A DNA stretch of 64,000 bases from Octopus bimaculoides (Eukaryota). Positions within the stretch are counted from its first letter, which is position 1; the number at the start of each line of letters is the position of its first letter. The stretch is from positions 52,240,501 to 52,304,500 of the forward strand of contig NC_068989.1 of NCBI RefSeq assembly GCF_001194135.2, read 5' to 3'. Shown piece by piece: positions 24,576 through 38,702 of this stretch. The position numbers were made by a program, and so were the translations under genes. Under the pieces are notes generated by a model. It saw only the letters and a list, made by a program, of their open reading frames with translations. It was not told the DNA's origin and ran no database searches.

Positions 24576-25545
24576 TGTCTGTGGTGTTAGGTGACCAGAT
24601 GTTAGGGGTGATTTGGTCAAGGAAATTGTATGCCATGACTGGATACTCTTCCAAGTGTGACATGGTGCAGAATTCTTTTTCCAGACATAGGGTCTTCCAG
24701 CAGCCATTTTCTTGACCCAGGTAGCACTACATCCTCCAGGCACTTTATATAGGCCTCCGTGTTTAGTCTGAATCCGTGTGGGAAGATGATTGGAGGCATA
24801 ATGTCGCCATCACTAGTAATCACTCCAAGCTCCATGATGTTGGTTGGATGTTTGATTTTAATCCCTCTCAGTACATCCTTTGGGCACAAGGCAAGCCAAA
24901 GGTTGTATTGTGTGTTCACCATCTTATCGTCACAGAAATATTTCCCGCCTGAGACAAACCAAAGCATGTTCGATTGGAGGTGATGCTTGAGTTTGTTCAA
25001 AAGTTTCGTAGCGCGGTTTTTCCTCTTTTCCTTGATGGCTTGGTATGAAAATTGGCTCTTTCTCATCTTCTATGAGGAATACCGAATGTCTTCATGCAGT
25101 ACCCGCCTGATAAGAAACTCAGACACTCCCATGTCTCTGGTGATGAGCCTGATTGACTTGGAAGGATCGTTGTCAATTATAGCCTGGATCTCATCAACAA
25201 ATTCAGTTATTTTCAGAAGGATCAGAGTGAGTTTTCCGAGATGCTGTACCTTCGTAATCACCATTAGACCCATCCAACTCTTTCCGAATGCTCTGCATTA
25301 TCCTCAGATTGACGGCAAATCACTCTGAAACGTTCGTATTGGAGCTTCCGGTGCGAATGCCAAAGAGTACAGCATGTCGTTTCCAAATTCCTGGCAGTGG
25401 GAATTGCGTCATGGTGATGGATGTCTCACAGACGGTGCCCAGATGACCCTACTACACTGTCTAGTTGACAAATTGATAATCAAGCATTGCGCATGCGCGA
25501 AATAAAAACTATGAAATGGTGACAATTCACCCATCGTACCCTGTA
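24576..25545 (-). mobile_element. maT (DD37D)-like Tc1/mariner transposon, 3' truncated and decayed
   Basis: 5' terminus TACAGGGTACGATGGGTGAATTGTCACC; LHEDIRY..; NMLWFVS..GVITSDGDIMPPIIFPHGFRLNTEAYIKCLEDVVLP; GRPYVWKKNSAPCHT; ITPNIWSPN. Confidence 0.85.
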
Positions 25546-26104
25546 TATGTGTGTAAAGAGATAGATATATGCATATGTTCGTACATAACCATGTATATAT
25601 TTATTGAAAATACTTCTAAGCCAACAAAGAATCGCTAAATTAATACAGGCATCATAGGAATAAATTTTAGTGAAGAAGAACAGCGTCTTACCTCCGCCAA
25701 CATGCAGCATGTATGTTTGTTAATTTGATATCATGATTTCGAATTTAGCTCAAAAGGTTTTTTTCATATCATGCCTGTATTAGTCTAGTGAATTTTCTGT
25801 GAATTACAAGTATATTGACTTCTATTTTTAGCAAAGCAGGTACTTATGTATTCCCCTTGTACATAAAAATATATTTATATATCTTATATATAATTTATTA
25901 ATTTGCCTATACGACTTTATGCTCTTGGCCACTAACGTAATTATTTTCAGAAATAATATCGTTTCGTTCTTTCATATTTATATACATGACGATCACCAAA
26001 TATAACAATATCTGTTTCAACACACGATTTCACATCAGGAATCTTGCGACACAAATTGATAAACGTATGCGTATGTGTGTGTATATATATATAGTGCAAA
26101 TTTA

Positions 26105-26280
26105 CAAATTTATAGAAAAACAAGGACGAAGACAGGTGTTGAAACAACAAGCAAGTATATTAGTTTGACTCCTCGGGAAAAATGTCTTTCATGTTTCGAG
26201 CCTACGCTCTTCGACAGAAAGGAATGAGTGGAAATAAATAGAGGATGAAAAAAAAACGTGTTGAGTTCAGTGGTCCAGCA
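26105..26280 (-). mobile_element. Family A hammerhead-bearing repeat, second copy
   Basis: The reverse complement aligns with 785-975. Confidence 0.7.
26184..26222 (-). ncRNA. Minimal hammerhead motif, variant core CUGUCGA, degenerate cleavage triplet
   Basis: Minus strand CCTTT-CTGTCGA-A-GAGC-GTAG-GCTC-GAAAC-ATG-AAAGAC. Confidence 0.55.
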
Positions 26281-26331
26281 TACATACATACATGCATGCA
26301 TGCATGCATGCATGTATACATACGTACATAC

Positions 26332-28270
26332 AATAACCTAATTTCAAAGTGGCTAGACTACAAGAGAGCCTTTGACTCTTTTCCCCCACTCATTGATGCT
26401 AGAAGCCCTTCAACTTTCTGGAGTTCCAGTGAGAATAGTTAAAGCGATAGCTGACCTGATTTCATCCTGGGTCACCATCTTGAAATTAAACACGAAGAGT
26501 GACTGTATTTTCACCGATAGAATGCAATATTGCAAAGGCATATTCCAAGGAGACAGCCTATCTGTGATGTTGTTCATACGTTCTGTAAACCCCTTGTCAT
26601 TCATGTTAAGGAATTCTGAAGGAAATCTCACTGGTTCACAAGGAAAGAGAAACACCAAATTTACAAACTGTTTCTTTGTGGATTACTTTAAATCTTTATG
26701 CAAAGAATGCGCATGACAAGAAAAGGGCCTTGACCTAGTTAAAACATTCTCAAAGGATGTAGGGTTGGAATTTGGTCAGGATAAATGTTACATGGTTATA
26801 AAAAGGGAGGAGACTATAAACCAGACTAGTAACAGCTCCATCAATGATTTCACATCCTGTATCTGACAAGGAACGTTACAGGTGTATAGGGGTGGATGAA
26901 AATTTGAAAAACATTACAGACGAATAAAGAAAATTTTAACCTCAGAATTCTCTGCATTCAAGATAACAGTGGTCCACAATGAGTTTGCAGTGCTAGTATT
27001 CATACCAACAGTTAGGCTGCTTGATGAGATCCGAGCCATTGATGTGCAAACCCGAAAAATACTAACAAGCACACATAATTTACATATAAACACTGACGTA
27101 GACCGCCTCTACCTAAAACATAAACAAGGTGGCAGAGGCTTAATATAAATCCAAAATGCCTTTGAATGTCTCACGTATCCCTTCGGCAACATCTTTTAAC
27201 CTCGTAGCGTCGAAGTGCGTCCCTTGACTAAATGTGCATATATGAGGCTGATAACATCATGAGACTTGAAAGGCAGCTCTTTGAGCAACACTCTTTGTCT
27301 GATAGCCTAGAATACATAACTAAAGAAGTCGTACGACTCTACCGCAAAATATCATCAGATGACAGGATAAGCCTTTATGAGCAGAACACCTTGCATGGAT
27401 ATATTATTAGAAAGCTCCGTGATGATAGTAACATCGATCATCAAAGCAGTTTATCATGGAGTAATAGCCGGATTACTACCTCCCTATTTGAAGTGTATGC
27501 GTTTGCAATCCAGGAACAGAAAATATCAACCTGATGCACAAAAGGGATAGAGATGCGAGAAAAGCTGTAAAATGTGACAACCAATGCAGACTTTGTAGAG
27601 TTCACACTGAAGATATCACGCACATCATAAGCAGTTGTCTGAAAATGTCATCACGGTATTATTTACCGATGAGATATGACATTGTAACTAGGACGCTCTA
27701 TAATAAAATGCGTCGGAAGGTTAATCCCGAGGACAAAGAAATAGAAAGCCAGAATATGGTAGAAACGATAGCCACTCATAATGAAAAGGAATACTGGTGG
27801 AATATACCAGTGAATACTCCAATAAAATGTAAATACAACAGACCTGATATAATGATTTGTGATAGAAAAGAAAATATGTACACAATTGTGGAAATTAGTT
27901 GCCCAACAGATGTTAACATAAAACTGAAGATCAGTGCAAAAGAGAACACCTATGCTGAACTATTGAGAAATCTGTAGTTACTCCATCCAGATTACAAGTT
28001 CAGATTTATGCCTGTAATTATTCGGGACTCGGGATACGTAACACACTGCCTAGTTACCGATCTTGAAAAATTAGCGTTCTTAAAACCAGAAAGGAGAAAG
28101 CTAATTCGAGGACTACAGATACAATCCATTATTAGAACTGTAAAAATCTGTAAAATCTTCCAGAAATTTATCATTTAAATATATATGCGCATGTCTAGAT
28201 ATGTAACTATATGCATGAGAATACAAATCTGCACATACGTACATAAAAAATCTGCACATACGTACATATA
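26332..28270 (+). mobile_element. R4/Dong-like RLE LINE, 5' truncated, decayed, flanked by (CATA)n/(CATG)n
   Basis: WLDYKRAFDS; KGIFQGDSLSVML..VNPLSF; NCFFVD; KQGGRGL; AIQEQ; CRLCRVHTEDITHIISSC (CCHC); RPDIMI..IVEISCP (PD-(D/E)xK endonuclease); stop at ~28178; (CATA)n tail 28270-28350. Confidence 0.9.
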
Positions 28271-30401
28271 TACATACATACACACATACATACATACATA
28301 CGTACATACATACATACATACATACATACATACATACATACATACATACGTATAAAGAAAAATACCCTGTTGTTGATGTTGAAATTCCAATGAAGGAATC
28401 TTGGATCTAGGTTAGAAACCGATTCTTTCTGCATTGGCGATATATTTTGAAATAAACTGAATAATGACCTACATACACGGGTATGTGTTTGTCTGTGTGC
28501 ATGTGTACATATCTGGGACTCTTTGTATAACTACACATCTGTATTCTCTTTACGTGCGTGATTCATATTGATTTTTCCTACTTAATTCGTAGTATGTGTT
28601 AATGTGTTGTTTATTTAACGTCCTACATGATTGAACCGGAATAATGCACCCTTATAAGTAGTCGATGGTTTTAGTGACCTCCACATACATTTCCTGATTT
28701 GCTCCAATTATAATTACCTACCATTGAATGAGGCATGTTATTTCTTGTATTCACAATTGGCACCTAAGTTGTTAACGTTAGTGAATGTTGTATGACGTTC
28801 TTTTCAAGTTGTGTTTACTCCACCAACCATTTTATTTCTGTACACCTTTCTCTTTGCTTTTATTTTTTGTAGTAATTACTTTTTATGGAACATATCTAAT
28901 GACAGTGTTGCCCTAAGTAATTTTTTATGGCTTTCACTTTTCTTACTATAACATATATTTAAGCTGTGCGTGTTTTGATATTTTTATTTGCAATTCCTAA
29001 CTTTTTTTATAGTTTGTACTGCTTCTTTTTACTCCGTTGCGTGTGACTACCGTTTGCATGTGATGTTGCCAGGTGTTGCGGTAAAAAAAAAAAAACAGAA
29101 ACACAGCATTTAACAAGTTCTTCTTAAGTCAATTGGAGGTGTATTTAAATCATAACTAACATTAAAATGATTAATTTCCGTCTTGCACTTGACTATTAAA
29201 ACGCCAAGATGTACAGACATTTTCCATGGATTCACCGAAGCATATATTACTCCCATTCTCAACCATCTTACGTATTTCTTTTTCATATTATGTTTCAGAG
29301 AAATAGACACCACATCTTAGATTTAGAAGCAACATTTAGTGGTTCAGAGCACCAAGGGGTAACAATCACTCAAGTTTGACCTCCTGCTTCAAAATCCAGT
29401 TCCGTTTACAAATGAAATGGAATGGAAGACAGTCAAATGGCATATGATTTCTAGATTTCGTTTAGACCAGAAATCATTCATGTGAAACTCTGAACTCCTT
29501 TTATAATCTACCCTGATTATATGAATGTCAGATATAGCTGCTGTTAGTGTAAAGACTTACAGTGATTGGGAAAGCCATAAAGCAGTGATACGCGCTATAG
29601 ACTGAGAGCGATTCTTAAATTCGTTTTATAATTCTGAACGTCACTTGATTACATTTTATCATAATGTCACCACGATAAATTCTAAGAGCTCTTATATTAT
29701 TAACTCCGTCTATACAAATTATAGGGTTGTATTCATAATTTTGTTGTGTGATGAATATTATCTAACATATGTAATAATGGACACGAGAATGGCCAATTAT
29801 ACTAAACATTGAATGATTGATTACGCTTAGAAGAATGTCAGACAAGATTCAAAATGAACAACTATCGTTATTAGAAAATAAAGATATCGACTGAAAACTG
29901 AAGATAATGTCGCTGAGTTCACAGTCGCACTAGAGTTTCTGTATCATTCAAATTGTTGAAAATCATTTGCAGTAATTAACTTACTTTAACATTAATTTAT
30001 AATAAACTTTGTGACTGGTAGTTTTCAAAACACTAATCATATACTTATTTAATTATATTTTCTTGCTTAACCTAAGTAACATTACAAGAACACTAGAAAT
30101 AGAAATACATTTGTTTTATGATTTGATTTTTAACTTGGTTCAAAATTATTTCAAAGTACGCAAAGCATTGCCACAAAGAAACTGAATATTAAGACTTGTA
30201 ATCACCGTAGTTATCATAATATAAGTGTCACTAAGAACAAGTGTATTGAAATAGTCATTATAGAAGATTAACAACACATCGAGACTAGATGGTATACAAA
30301 TATTTAGATATATCTCATATCTATCTTTCGTGAAAATTTCAAGTGAATGGAGTAAATACTTCGTAAGTTATAAGCAAATAAAGAAACAATCTTGTAAATT
30401 G

Positions 30402-30830
30402 CAGCGGTCAAAAGTTAAGGGTCACTTAGAAAAAAATGAACTACTGAGCGAGATATTTGTTGTGTAGAAGACTGTTAATGGGCTAACAGTTACTTTTTGT
30501 GATCTTACATTATTGGAACATTCAACTGTCAACACGGCAGCTTGTAAGAGACTATCGCGTACTGTGATGTAAAACAAAGGATTGTATACCTTCAGCAAGG
30601 GAGCAAGTCAAATTCTCTGGTAGCAACTACTGTAGAAATGTCTAGAAGTGTTGTGCAACGAATTGTGGCTCGTTTTAAGTCATCAGGATCAACAAATGCT
30701 AAAGCCAAAACGGGTAAACCTCGTAAAATTTCACAAATACAGGATCGTATTATGGTTAGAATGTCATTGAGGGATAGGTTTAAGGGTGCTGCTGACATAC
30801 CCCGCGAGTTTAGCTCCACTTCCGATTATT
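30402..30830 (+). mobile_element. Tc1-like transposon 5' end with transposase N-terminus
   Basis: TIR-like CAGCGGTCAAAAGTTAAGGGTCAC; SRSVVQRIVARFKSSGST..KTGKPRKIS..DRIMVRMSLRDRFK (paired-like HTH). Truncated by a SINE fragment. Confidence 0.75.
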
Positions 30831-30834
30831 CTAT

Positions 30835-30960
30835 CGACAATTATTTTATGGACCCCAAATGGATGAAAGGTAAAGTCAACGTCGGCAGAATTTGGGCTCT
30901 AGACACAAAGACAGATGAAATGCCGCGGAGAATTTTGCCCAGGATTTTAAGGTTTCTGCC
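30835..30960 (-). mobile_element. SINE fragment (family of 54143-54341)
   Basis: The reverse complement of GACCCCAAATGGATGAAAGGTAAAGTCAACGTCGGCAGAATTTG resembles the central GACTTT-CCTTTCATCC-GGGGTC block of that family. Confidence 0.6.
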
Positions 30961-31065
30961 AGTTCACCGTCTTTGGATTAATACAAGAAACGCATGTTCC
31001 CGATTTCTGCCGAAACGAACTAATTACCAGACACTATGTAATATACCTTCAAATAAGCCCGATAT

Positions 31066-31068
31066 TTA

Positions 31069-31109
<41 letters not shown>

Positions 31110-31370
31110 TGTATGTGTGTGTATGTGTGTGTGCGTGCGTGTGTGTGTGTGTGTGTGGTGTGNNNNNNNNNNGTATGTGTGTGTATGTGTGTGTGCGTGC
31201 GTGTGTGTGTGTGTGTGTGGTGTGTGTGTGTGTATGTGTGTGTGTGCGTGTGTGGGTGTGTGTGTGTGTGTGTGTGTGGAGAGAGAGAGAGTGAGAGCGA
31301 GAAAGAGTTAGTTAGTTAGTTAGATAGATAGATAGATAAATAGATAGATAGATAAATAGATAGATGGCGG
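31066..31370. repeat. Compound (TG)n-(GA)n-(GATA)n microsatellite
   Basis: Directly visible; accounts for the Cys/Val-rich pseudo-ORFs. Confidence 0.95.
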
Positions 31371-32373
31371 ACTAGATTAGACAGGTTAGTGCTACTAGCC
31401 TACGAAACATTAGCTAGCAGGAGACTAAATCAAACTGAGTTACTGGGTATACGTGTATGTAGAACACGCATATGGATAAGGTATATATCAAAAACGAGTG
31501 CATAAACACACGCACATATGCACATATATATACACATAAACACACATACACACACATATATATGTACATACATATATACATACAGAGAGAGAGAGAGAGA
31601 GAGATGAAATAATCGTTTATATATATTTACTGTTCCACCTTAAACTTGTTATGTCATTTTAATGAGAAGTATCCTCTTCTTCTGTCTTCATTCCGTGACT
31701 AAATTACATACATGCTTCTGTTGAAAGATTTTGCAATTAAAGATGACAGGCGTACAAATGATAGGGCAACGCTGAAGTTCTTTTTCTTTCTACTTATTAC
31801 GCAAGATAATCCGTAGTGTGAGCAAGGAAAGTACGATGCAGTCAGGATCCAACTGAGGACAATTAACATTATTATTTCCTCTGAAACTTACTAAAATATG
31901 TTATTGGATTTGAGAAGGGAATATGAACGTGAAAGAACACATTTAAGGTAACAATGCACAAATATATGCACCCGCATACGTTCATATTTATATACACACA
32001 CAAACACACACACACAGATACACACACATACATATGTGTGTGTGTACTGACGCATTACGTGCCTTTGGCATGCAATATTTTTGTAGCCGTCTTAATCGAA
32101 AGTGACTCCAGGATATCAAGCAAACATAATGTGGATCTCCTAATATTCCTCTTTAGATGTAATTACGAGATGCATAATTTTTATAAGCTAAATAAAAAAA
32201 AAATGTTAATAGTCTTCAAGCCTTTATGCTTCCTATGAAACAAGATTTAAAGTTTAAATGAGGAGGGATCAGGATTCTCAAAATCTTGTGTATACACAAA
32301 ATTATGTAATATATAAATTAAATAATAAAACAATCAGCAGTTATCTCAAAGGAGGCCTTAGATAATACATATT

Positions 32374-32772
32374 CTCTTTACTCTCTTGTACGCTTTTACT
32401 TGTTTCAGTCATTTGACTGAGGCCATGCTGCAGCACCGCCTTTAGTCGAGCAAATCGACCGCGTGACTTATTCTTTGTAAGCCTAGTACTTATTCTATCG
32501 GTCACTTTTGCCGAACCGCTAAGTTACGGGGACATAAACACACCACCATCGGTCGTCAAGGGGGACGAACAAAGACACAAACATTCACACATATATTCAT
32601 ACATATATACGACGGGCTTCTTTCAGTTTCCGTCAAACAAACCCAGTCACAAGGCTTTGGTCAGCTCGAGGCTATAGTAGAAGACACTTCTCCAATATGC
32701 CACGCAGTGGGACTGAACCCGGAACCATGTGGTTGGTAAAAAGCTACTTATCACAAAGCCACTCTTGCGCCT
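32374..32772 (-). mobile_element. Full-length tRNA-derived SINE (same family as 55358-55770)
   Basis: The reverse complement has the head ..GGTTCCGGGTTCAGTCCCACTGCGTGG.., an internal (TA/TG)n, and the tail AAGGCGGTGCTGCAGCATGGCC..AAAGAG. Confidence 0.9.
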
Positions 32773-35700
32773 ATATAGTGTATTTTCATTCTTATTTTTC
32801 TTTTGTATAAACGTTGAATGCTACTTATATTATTTTGCATCATTTATTTTGCTACCATTGGTATTTTATTCTTTAATATACTGGGTGTACCACTGTAAAA
32901 CCCTCGTGAGAGGAGTTTAATTAAAAATCTGGTTGTGTCTCATAAATCCCACTCGTCGTCAATTGTTTTTATTTATTGACTTTTCTCCTTCATTTGGGAT
33001 GAAGATGTATGTTTTACTAGAATTACCAGCGGAGATTTATCTTAGCTACTCATTTTCTGTTAAGCCTCACTTTTTGTTACTTTCGTTTGTTTTGTCTTGT
33101 CAGTAAACGAAAATGCAAGATCTTTGAAAACATGTCACTATAACCCGAATATGAAAATTATTCAATAAATATATCAATGGGCGTTTTAAATTCTAAATAG
33201 AAATAAGATGTGCATAATTTTATTACGATTACAGAGGAGAGCATACATTTACAGTGTCGAATTCCAAACTGCTTGTTCTGAGTATTTTCTATGGGGAATA
33301 GCCAATATTTGCATTTACAATGTAACTCTTTGTAGATACCTACCAAAAGTTAAGTGTTTCTCATATTATTTTTATTATTTCTAGAGGGCTGAATTCATAT
33401 TATCTTAACTGTTAATAAAAAAATACGTAGATTAGAATTTAAACAACAGACGCTGCCAACCATAAAATACCGGCACCTTTAATACGTGAAGCAAAATAGG
33501 AGTTAAAACGATTCTCCTCATCGTTGTTGGTATCTTAGCACTTACAATCCACTCTAAGATGATTTGAAATGGAAATAATAGTTTACAAATAATAGTTTAC
33601 CTGCTGATCTCTCTCTCTCTCCCTTCCTNNNNNNNNNNATATGTGTGCATGTATATATATAAAGAGAGAGATAAACAGTGAGATAGATATGCATGTTTGT
33701 GCATATATACATATATATACACACATCTATCAATATATGCATGTGTGTATATATGTCTGCATAAATATATACATACATTCATACATATAAATAGGTGTGT
33801 GTATTTTCCCCTTGTTTGCAACTCACGCGGAAAATATAGATAAACAGTTACCAGGGTAGCAAGAACTCACACAAGTAATAAGGACGTAAAACTATCTTTG
33901 TAAAGGTAGAACCTCCAGGTTGTTGTGAAATATTTTGTATAACATATATAAATAAATGAATGGAATTAAACGCAGGTATTATTCAAATTCTTTTACTTCC
34001 GACATATGTTTCGAAGATAACATTGGTATTATTCCAAAAGAATAAAATGGTGTGAAACAATGTAATTGAAAGAAAGACACCAAACTCATCAATAAGACAT
34101 TTTAACAAAATGTGATGGATATGAATAATGATGAACAGAACGCTATTAATTTTTTTTTTAACCGTTAAAAGATATAACGTCATATGTAGCCTATAGAAAG
34201 AGAATGGTAAAGGAAAGAAGCTAGCAGAAAACTAACAAAGGAGTAATATAGAGCGATATGTGAATTAAAATGAAAGCTTAAAGACTTAGAAAATGGTGAG
34301 TAAATTGCCCTTACAAAACAGAACAAATTTGTCTGTATGGCAGTTTGTTGACAAATTTTTCTGCTTTGTAAGAGTAATTTATTCAGTATTTCTGCTGTTC
34401 TGACTGTACTTATGCGTTCGAAAGAAAACATAACATCGTATTTATCGTACTTGTATCGTACAATACACATTTGGACGCTTAAAATAACAAAAAATTGTTA
34501 GTTTGTTTATATTCATATGGACGTTGATACATAAATATATACATGCATACAGAGAGCCACTCACACATACACATATATATATCTACAAGAGGTGAGAAAG
34601 TTAATCTACTGTTATATCTCAAGCTACTGCTATCTAGCACCTTCGGATGCTCTCTACTCAACCGCTACTCGACTGCTACTCAACACTCAACCACGGCCAG
34701 AGTACCTCTATTTATATGTCTTGGGAGACACACATATATATATATATATATATAGGTTTGTTCTTAGAACTTAAGCTGTTACTACATACTCTGCAGGGAA
34801 TGAGTTTAATGATCCTCCCAGCCCACGTCCCAAAATTTGTTATGTAATAGAAATAAATGCATCTGGCTAAAATAACCAGACTAATTTGTGAAACTGTCTT
34901 GTGCCTCTAAATCCACAGTTGTCATAACATCACCATATTAATTTTGGCATATTACAGACATTTCATGTTTACATCATTTATATCGCTTTATTTATTTACT
35001 TATTTTTGCTTCACATAAATATTATTCTAAGCTTGTTAAACTTCTTAATTCATAATTTCGTACATGCGCACGTATCGGAGCTGTAGATTGTCAATTTAAT
35101 TAATGATAGTATGTAACTGTTACCATACTTTGTTACTGTACTCAGCAACGCAAATACGGATCCAGAAGGTGTTTGATTTCAAGCGTAAAAAAAAGACTTG
35201 AAGTATATTCTAACGTTTTTCTTACTCATTCAGATTTAAAATATGCGCTTGATAAAATATGTACCGTTAATTTATCAAATGTTCGATTCAGCTCACTAAA
35301 TTGCATAACTTATATGAAAGGAGAAAACTTCAATTCACTTTGATTTTTAGTAACTGGTTACTGTTCTGTAAATATTCACAACCACTTGTATTGCGTTAGA
35401 TTTGCATGATATATACAAAACTTTTACAAAAATTATCTATCCTGGCTGTCACCAAACTTCATATGTTTGAGATATTCATCAATGAAGTCCGCATTATATA
35501 ATTTTCGAAAAATAACGAAAGTAATAATATATACAACTTGTCCTACGATGCATATATACATCAAAAGTGTTATATTGATCTTCACCCCTCTGCATATGGC
35601 GAAATCAATTAGAGTAATATAATATAGTCAATTGCATGATCGATTACAATATTGCCAAACTTCAGCTGTGCAAAATCTGCATCAGATTCTTTTCACACAA

Positions 35701-36518
35701 TTTATTGCTTTGCGGCTATATTTTATATCTTACTTTTAGAAATTCAGATACATGTGCCTATCATAATAGAGAAATAAATATATTAACTTCTCACCGTACA
35801 ATAAACCATTTAATGTTGTCTCATGAACTTGTAGTTACGAAGATCATTTTACAGTTATAAATTATCGAGTTCGATCCCAGTATTTATATATAATTATGGC
35901 AGTGCCATTTTTCCATGCTCTTGAGAAAATCCAAAAAATTGAAGTGAAATATAGTTTAATACAGTGATCGTACCACATGATTCGGTTGGGAATACAAGTG
36001 CTTACGAATATTTAACTATTCACAATTGTTAGGCATTTCAGAAGGTGGAAACAAAGAAATAATCGACTGAAAACAGGATGAGGAACAATTTACTCACTCA
36101 TATATGTATATACATACACACATACGAAAACAAACACACACATACACATGCATATATATCTTGTATATAAATGGCAATTTCTGCCTGTTTGTCTTTCTCT
36201 CCGTCTGTCTGTTAACGTCTTGCTCCCTAGACCAGGGAAGCAATCATCAACAAACTTTGTATACATGTTGAACTAATGTCCAATTCAATTATAGCCTAAT
36301 TGAATTTCAATAAAAATCGATAATGGACCGACTACGAGGGTTAGGTTATTACATGATAAAATAAGGGGTACAAAAGTGTTGGGTTCAGGGAAAGGTGACA
36401 TAATGAGAGTGGTTGATAACAGGGAAGGGGATGAGACAGGAGGAGATAGACACACAGGTAATGCGAGAGACAAGGAGAAAGTACGAAAAACAGGGACACT
36501 GCTATATATATAACAGAA

Positions 36519-36562
<44 letters not shown>

Positions 36563-36564
<2 letters not shown>

Positions 36565-36812
36565 CGAAAACTGGTACACCGATTTGATGTATGGTGTGTC
36601 AAATGATTGAGTAATCTAAGGACTCATATAAACTTTATTTTCATTTACGCATTTGCGTTACCAAACTTTAACATTATAATCTTTTCTATAAGTCCATTAT
36701 CGTAAACATTTTATATCACGACCACACGACGACGATGACGTCACATTTTCTATATGAGTGTATTCCTTAAAAGACATACATTTCTCTATATGTTACGGTG
36801 AAATACAGTCAT

Positions 36813-36897
<85 letters not shown>

Positions 36898-37772
36898 TAT
36901 ACAAAATATGATTATTCATATGTATTTACGTATGTGTATATCAAAGCTGTGTGTGTCAGACAGTACACATACATGACAATACACACCTTCATTCACTATC
37001 TCCCTCTCTCCTTCTCTCTCTCTCTCTCTCCTTCTCCCTCTCTCTCTCTCACGCACACGCACACACATACAGATACACGTACATTTCATATACACGTACA
37101 GACATCTTTTACTTTTTTCAAAGCATATAGAAATAAAACATTTTTACGGAAATTAAGAATACATTCGAAAACTGATTTACCGATTTTGACGTATGGGGTA
37201 TCAAAAGATTCGGTAATCTTTCGGTTCATAAATGAAGTTTATTTTCGTTTACATATTTGCATTACAAACATTTAACATTTTAATCTTTCTATAATTCGAA
37301 CTATCCTAAACGAAATGTTATACCACGACGACAACGACATCATATTTTCTGTATGAGTGTGTGCCTTAAAAGACATCCATATACATTTATGTTATGGGGA
37401 AATACAGTCACTCACTTTCCTCTCACATGCAGATGCACACATACATACAAAAATGTATGCATATCTATTTATGTTCGTGTATATAAAAGATAATGAGATA
37501 GAGAGCGAATGGATGAGTGCTACCTACACGTACATGCAAAAATATGCATACACTACAACACACAATTTCACTCACACTCTCTCTCTCACCCTCACACACA
37601 TATACACAGACGCACACACACACACGTCCATTTCATATACACGTACAGGAATCTTTCACTTTCTTCTCTCAATTCAAAGAAAATGTCATCTTTTTACTTT
37701 CTCCTCTCTTTGAATTTTTGCTCTCTTCAAAGCACAAAGAAGTTATAAATTTTTAGGGAAATTAACGAACAA
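36563..37772. repeat. Old tandem duplication, two ~601-bp units with embedded microsatellites
   Basis: TTCGAAAACTG..CCGATTT at 36563 and 37164; shared CCTTAAAAGACAT, GAAATACAGTCA, CATTTCATATACACGTACAG, TCAAAGCA..GGAAATTAA. Confidence 0.85.
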
Positions 37773-38647
37773 TCATATGATCCCATCTGATCGACGATAT
37801 GACCTTGTTGACAACTTTCCTGCTTCAAACGACAGAATGCCATAAAATAACTTCCTTTGGCACAGACACACGCACACGCACGGGCACACACACATACATA
37901 CAAACTCTCTAGATAAAACTGTTGTATGAATTATATTATTTCTTGCTTTGTGCACGCGCAAAAGTATAGCTCAAATCCATTTGAAATCACCTTTTTCTAT
38001 TCCGTAATTTGAGTTTGTGATGAGTGTATATAAAAGTATGATCTTCGATATAAATTTAAAAGGAGGCTCTTCCAGAAATCCTGTCATTTACCCGTTGATT
38101 CTAATTGTCCGACATGACACTAGCGCCCCCTCCCACCATGATTTTTTTCCTAAATTTCTTCCGATTCCTATGTTTTCAACAGAGGAGTTTAGGATTTCGC
38201 CCCAAAAACACGTTCTCAATATTTTAATGTTCTCCCTCCCCATTCCAATTTCTTCAACTTTCACTTTTTTCGAAATTTTCACCTGTTAATCCACGGAGAA
38301 AAACACAGAGAGTACCAATTTTTAAGGATTGTCTTCTTAAAGAAATACTAAAATCACCTTCCCATACATCCATCCGTCACGTCATCACTTTCAAAAAGCT
38401 ACGAACTCCCAATGTTTCACTCTTAGCTTTTGGATAACGGGGAAGTTTCTTCAGAAATAATGTCATTTACCTGTTGTTTGTAGCATGTCGGGTTTTCTGG
38501 TTCTGCTAAATTTTTTTTCGTCTGCTCTCTCAGTACAATTCTACGCATGCATGAAATATCAGACGAAACATGGCGTGCTTTTGGATTTTTCAAAGTGGGT
38601 AGGTGATGGGTGGGTGAGGTTGGCGAAGGGGAATTGTGTGTTTCTTG

Positions 38648-38702
38648 AAGAAAAATTAAACTTAAAAGAAAAATTAAACTTAAAAGAAAAATTAAACTTA
38701 AA
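38648..38702. repeat. 18-bp minisatellite (AAGAAAAATTAAACTTAA)x3 running into a 557-N gap
   Basis: Directly visible. Confidence 0.9.

Noticed and set aside
25995-26050. Minus-strand CTGATGT..GAAAC-AGATATT-GTT motif
   Set aside because: Core A9 is altered, C11.1 is missing and stem I does not pair; at best a very decayed relic.
29290-29360. Candidate plus-strand exon (TTTCAG|AGAAATAG..CAAGGG|GTAAC); similar weak candidates at ~4710, ~4870 and ~61953-62003
   Set aside because: Weak donors and unrecognised peptides; expected by chance in AT-rich DNA.
30638-31294. 218-aa ORF as a host gene
   Set aside because: It is a chimera of a Tc1 N-terminus, an antisense SINE, a (TG)n tract and an N-gap.
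38540-38580. GCATGA..GACGAAACATG hammerhead-like string
   Set aside because: No CUGANGA core, no stem II pairing and no NUH site.
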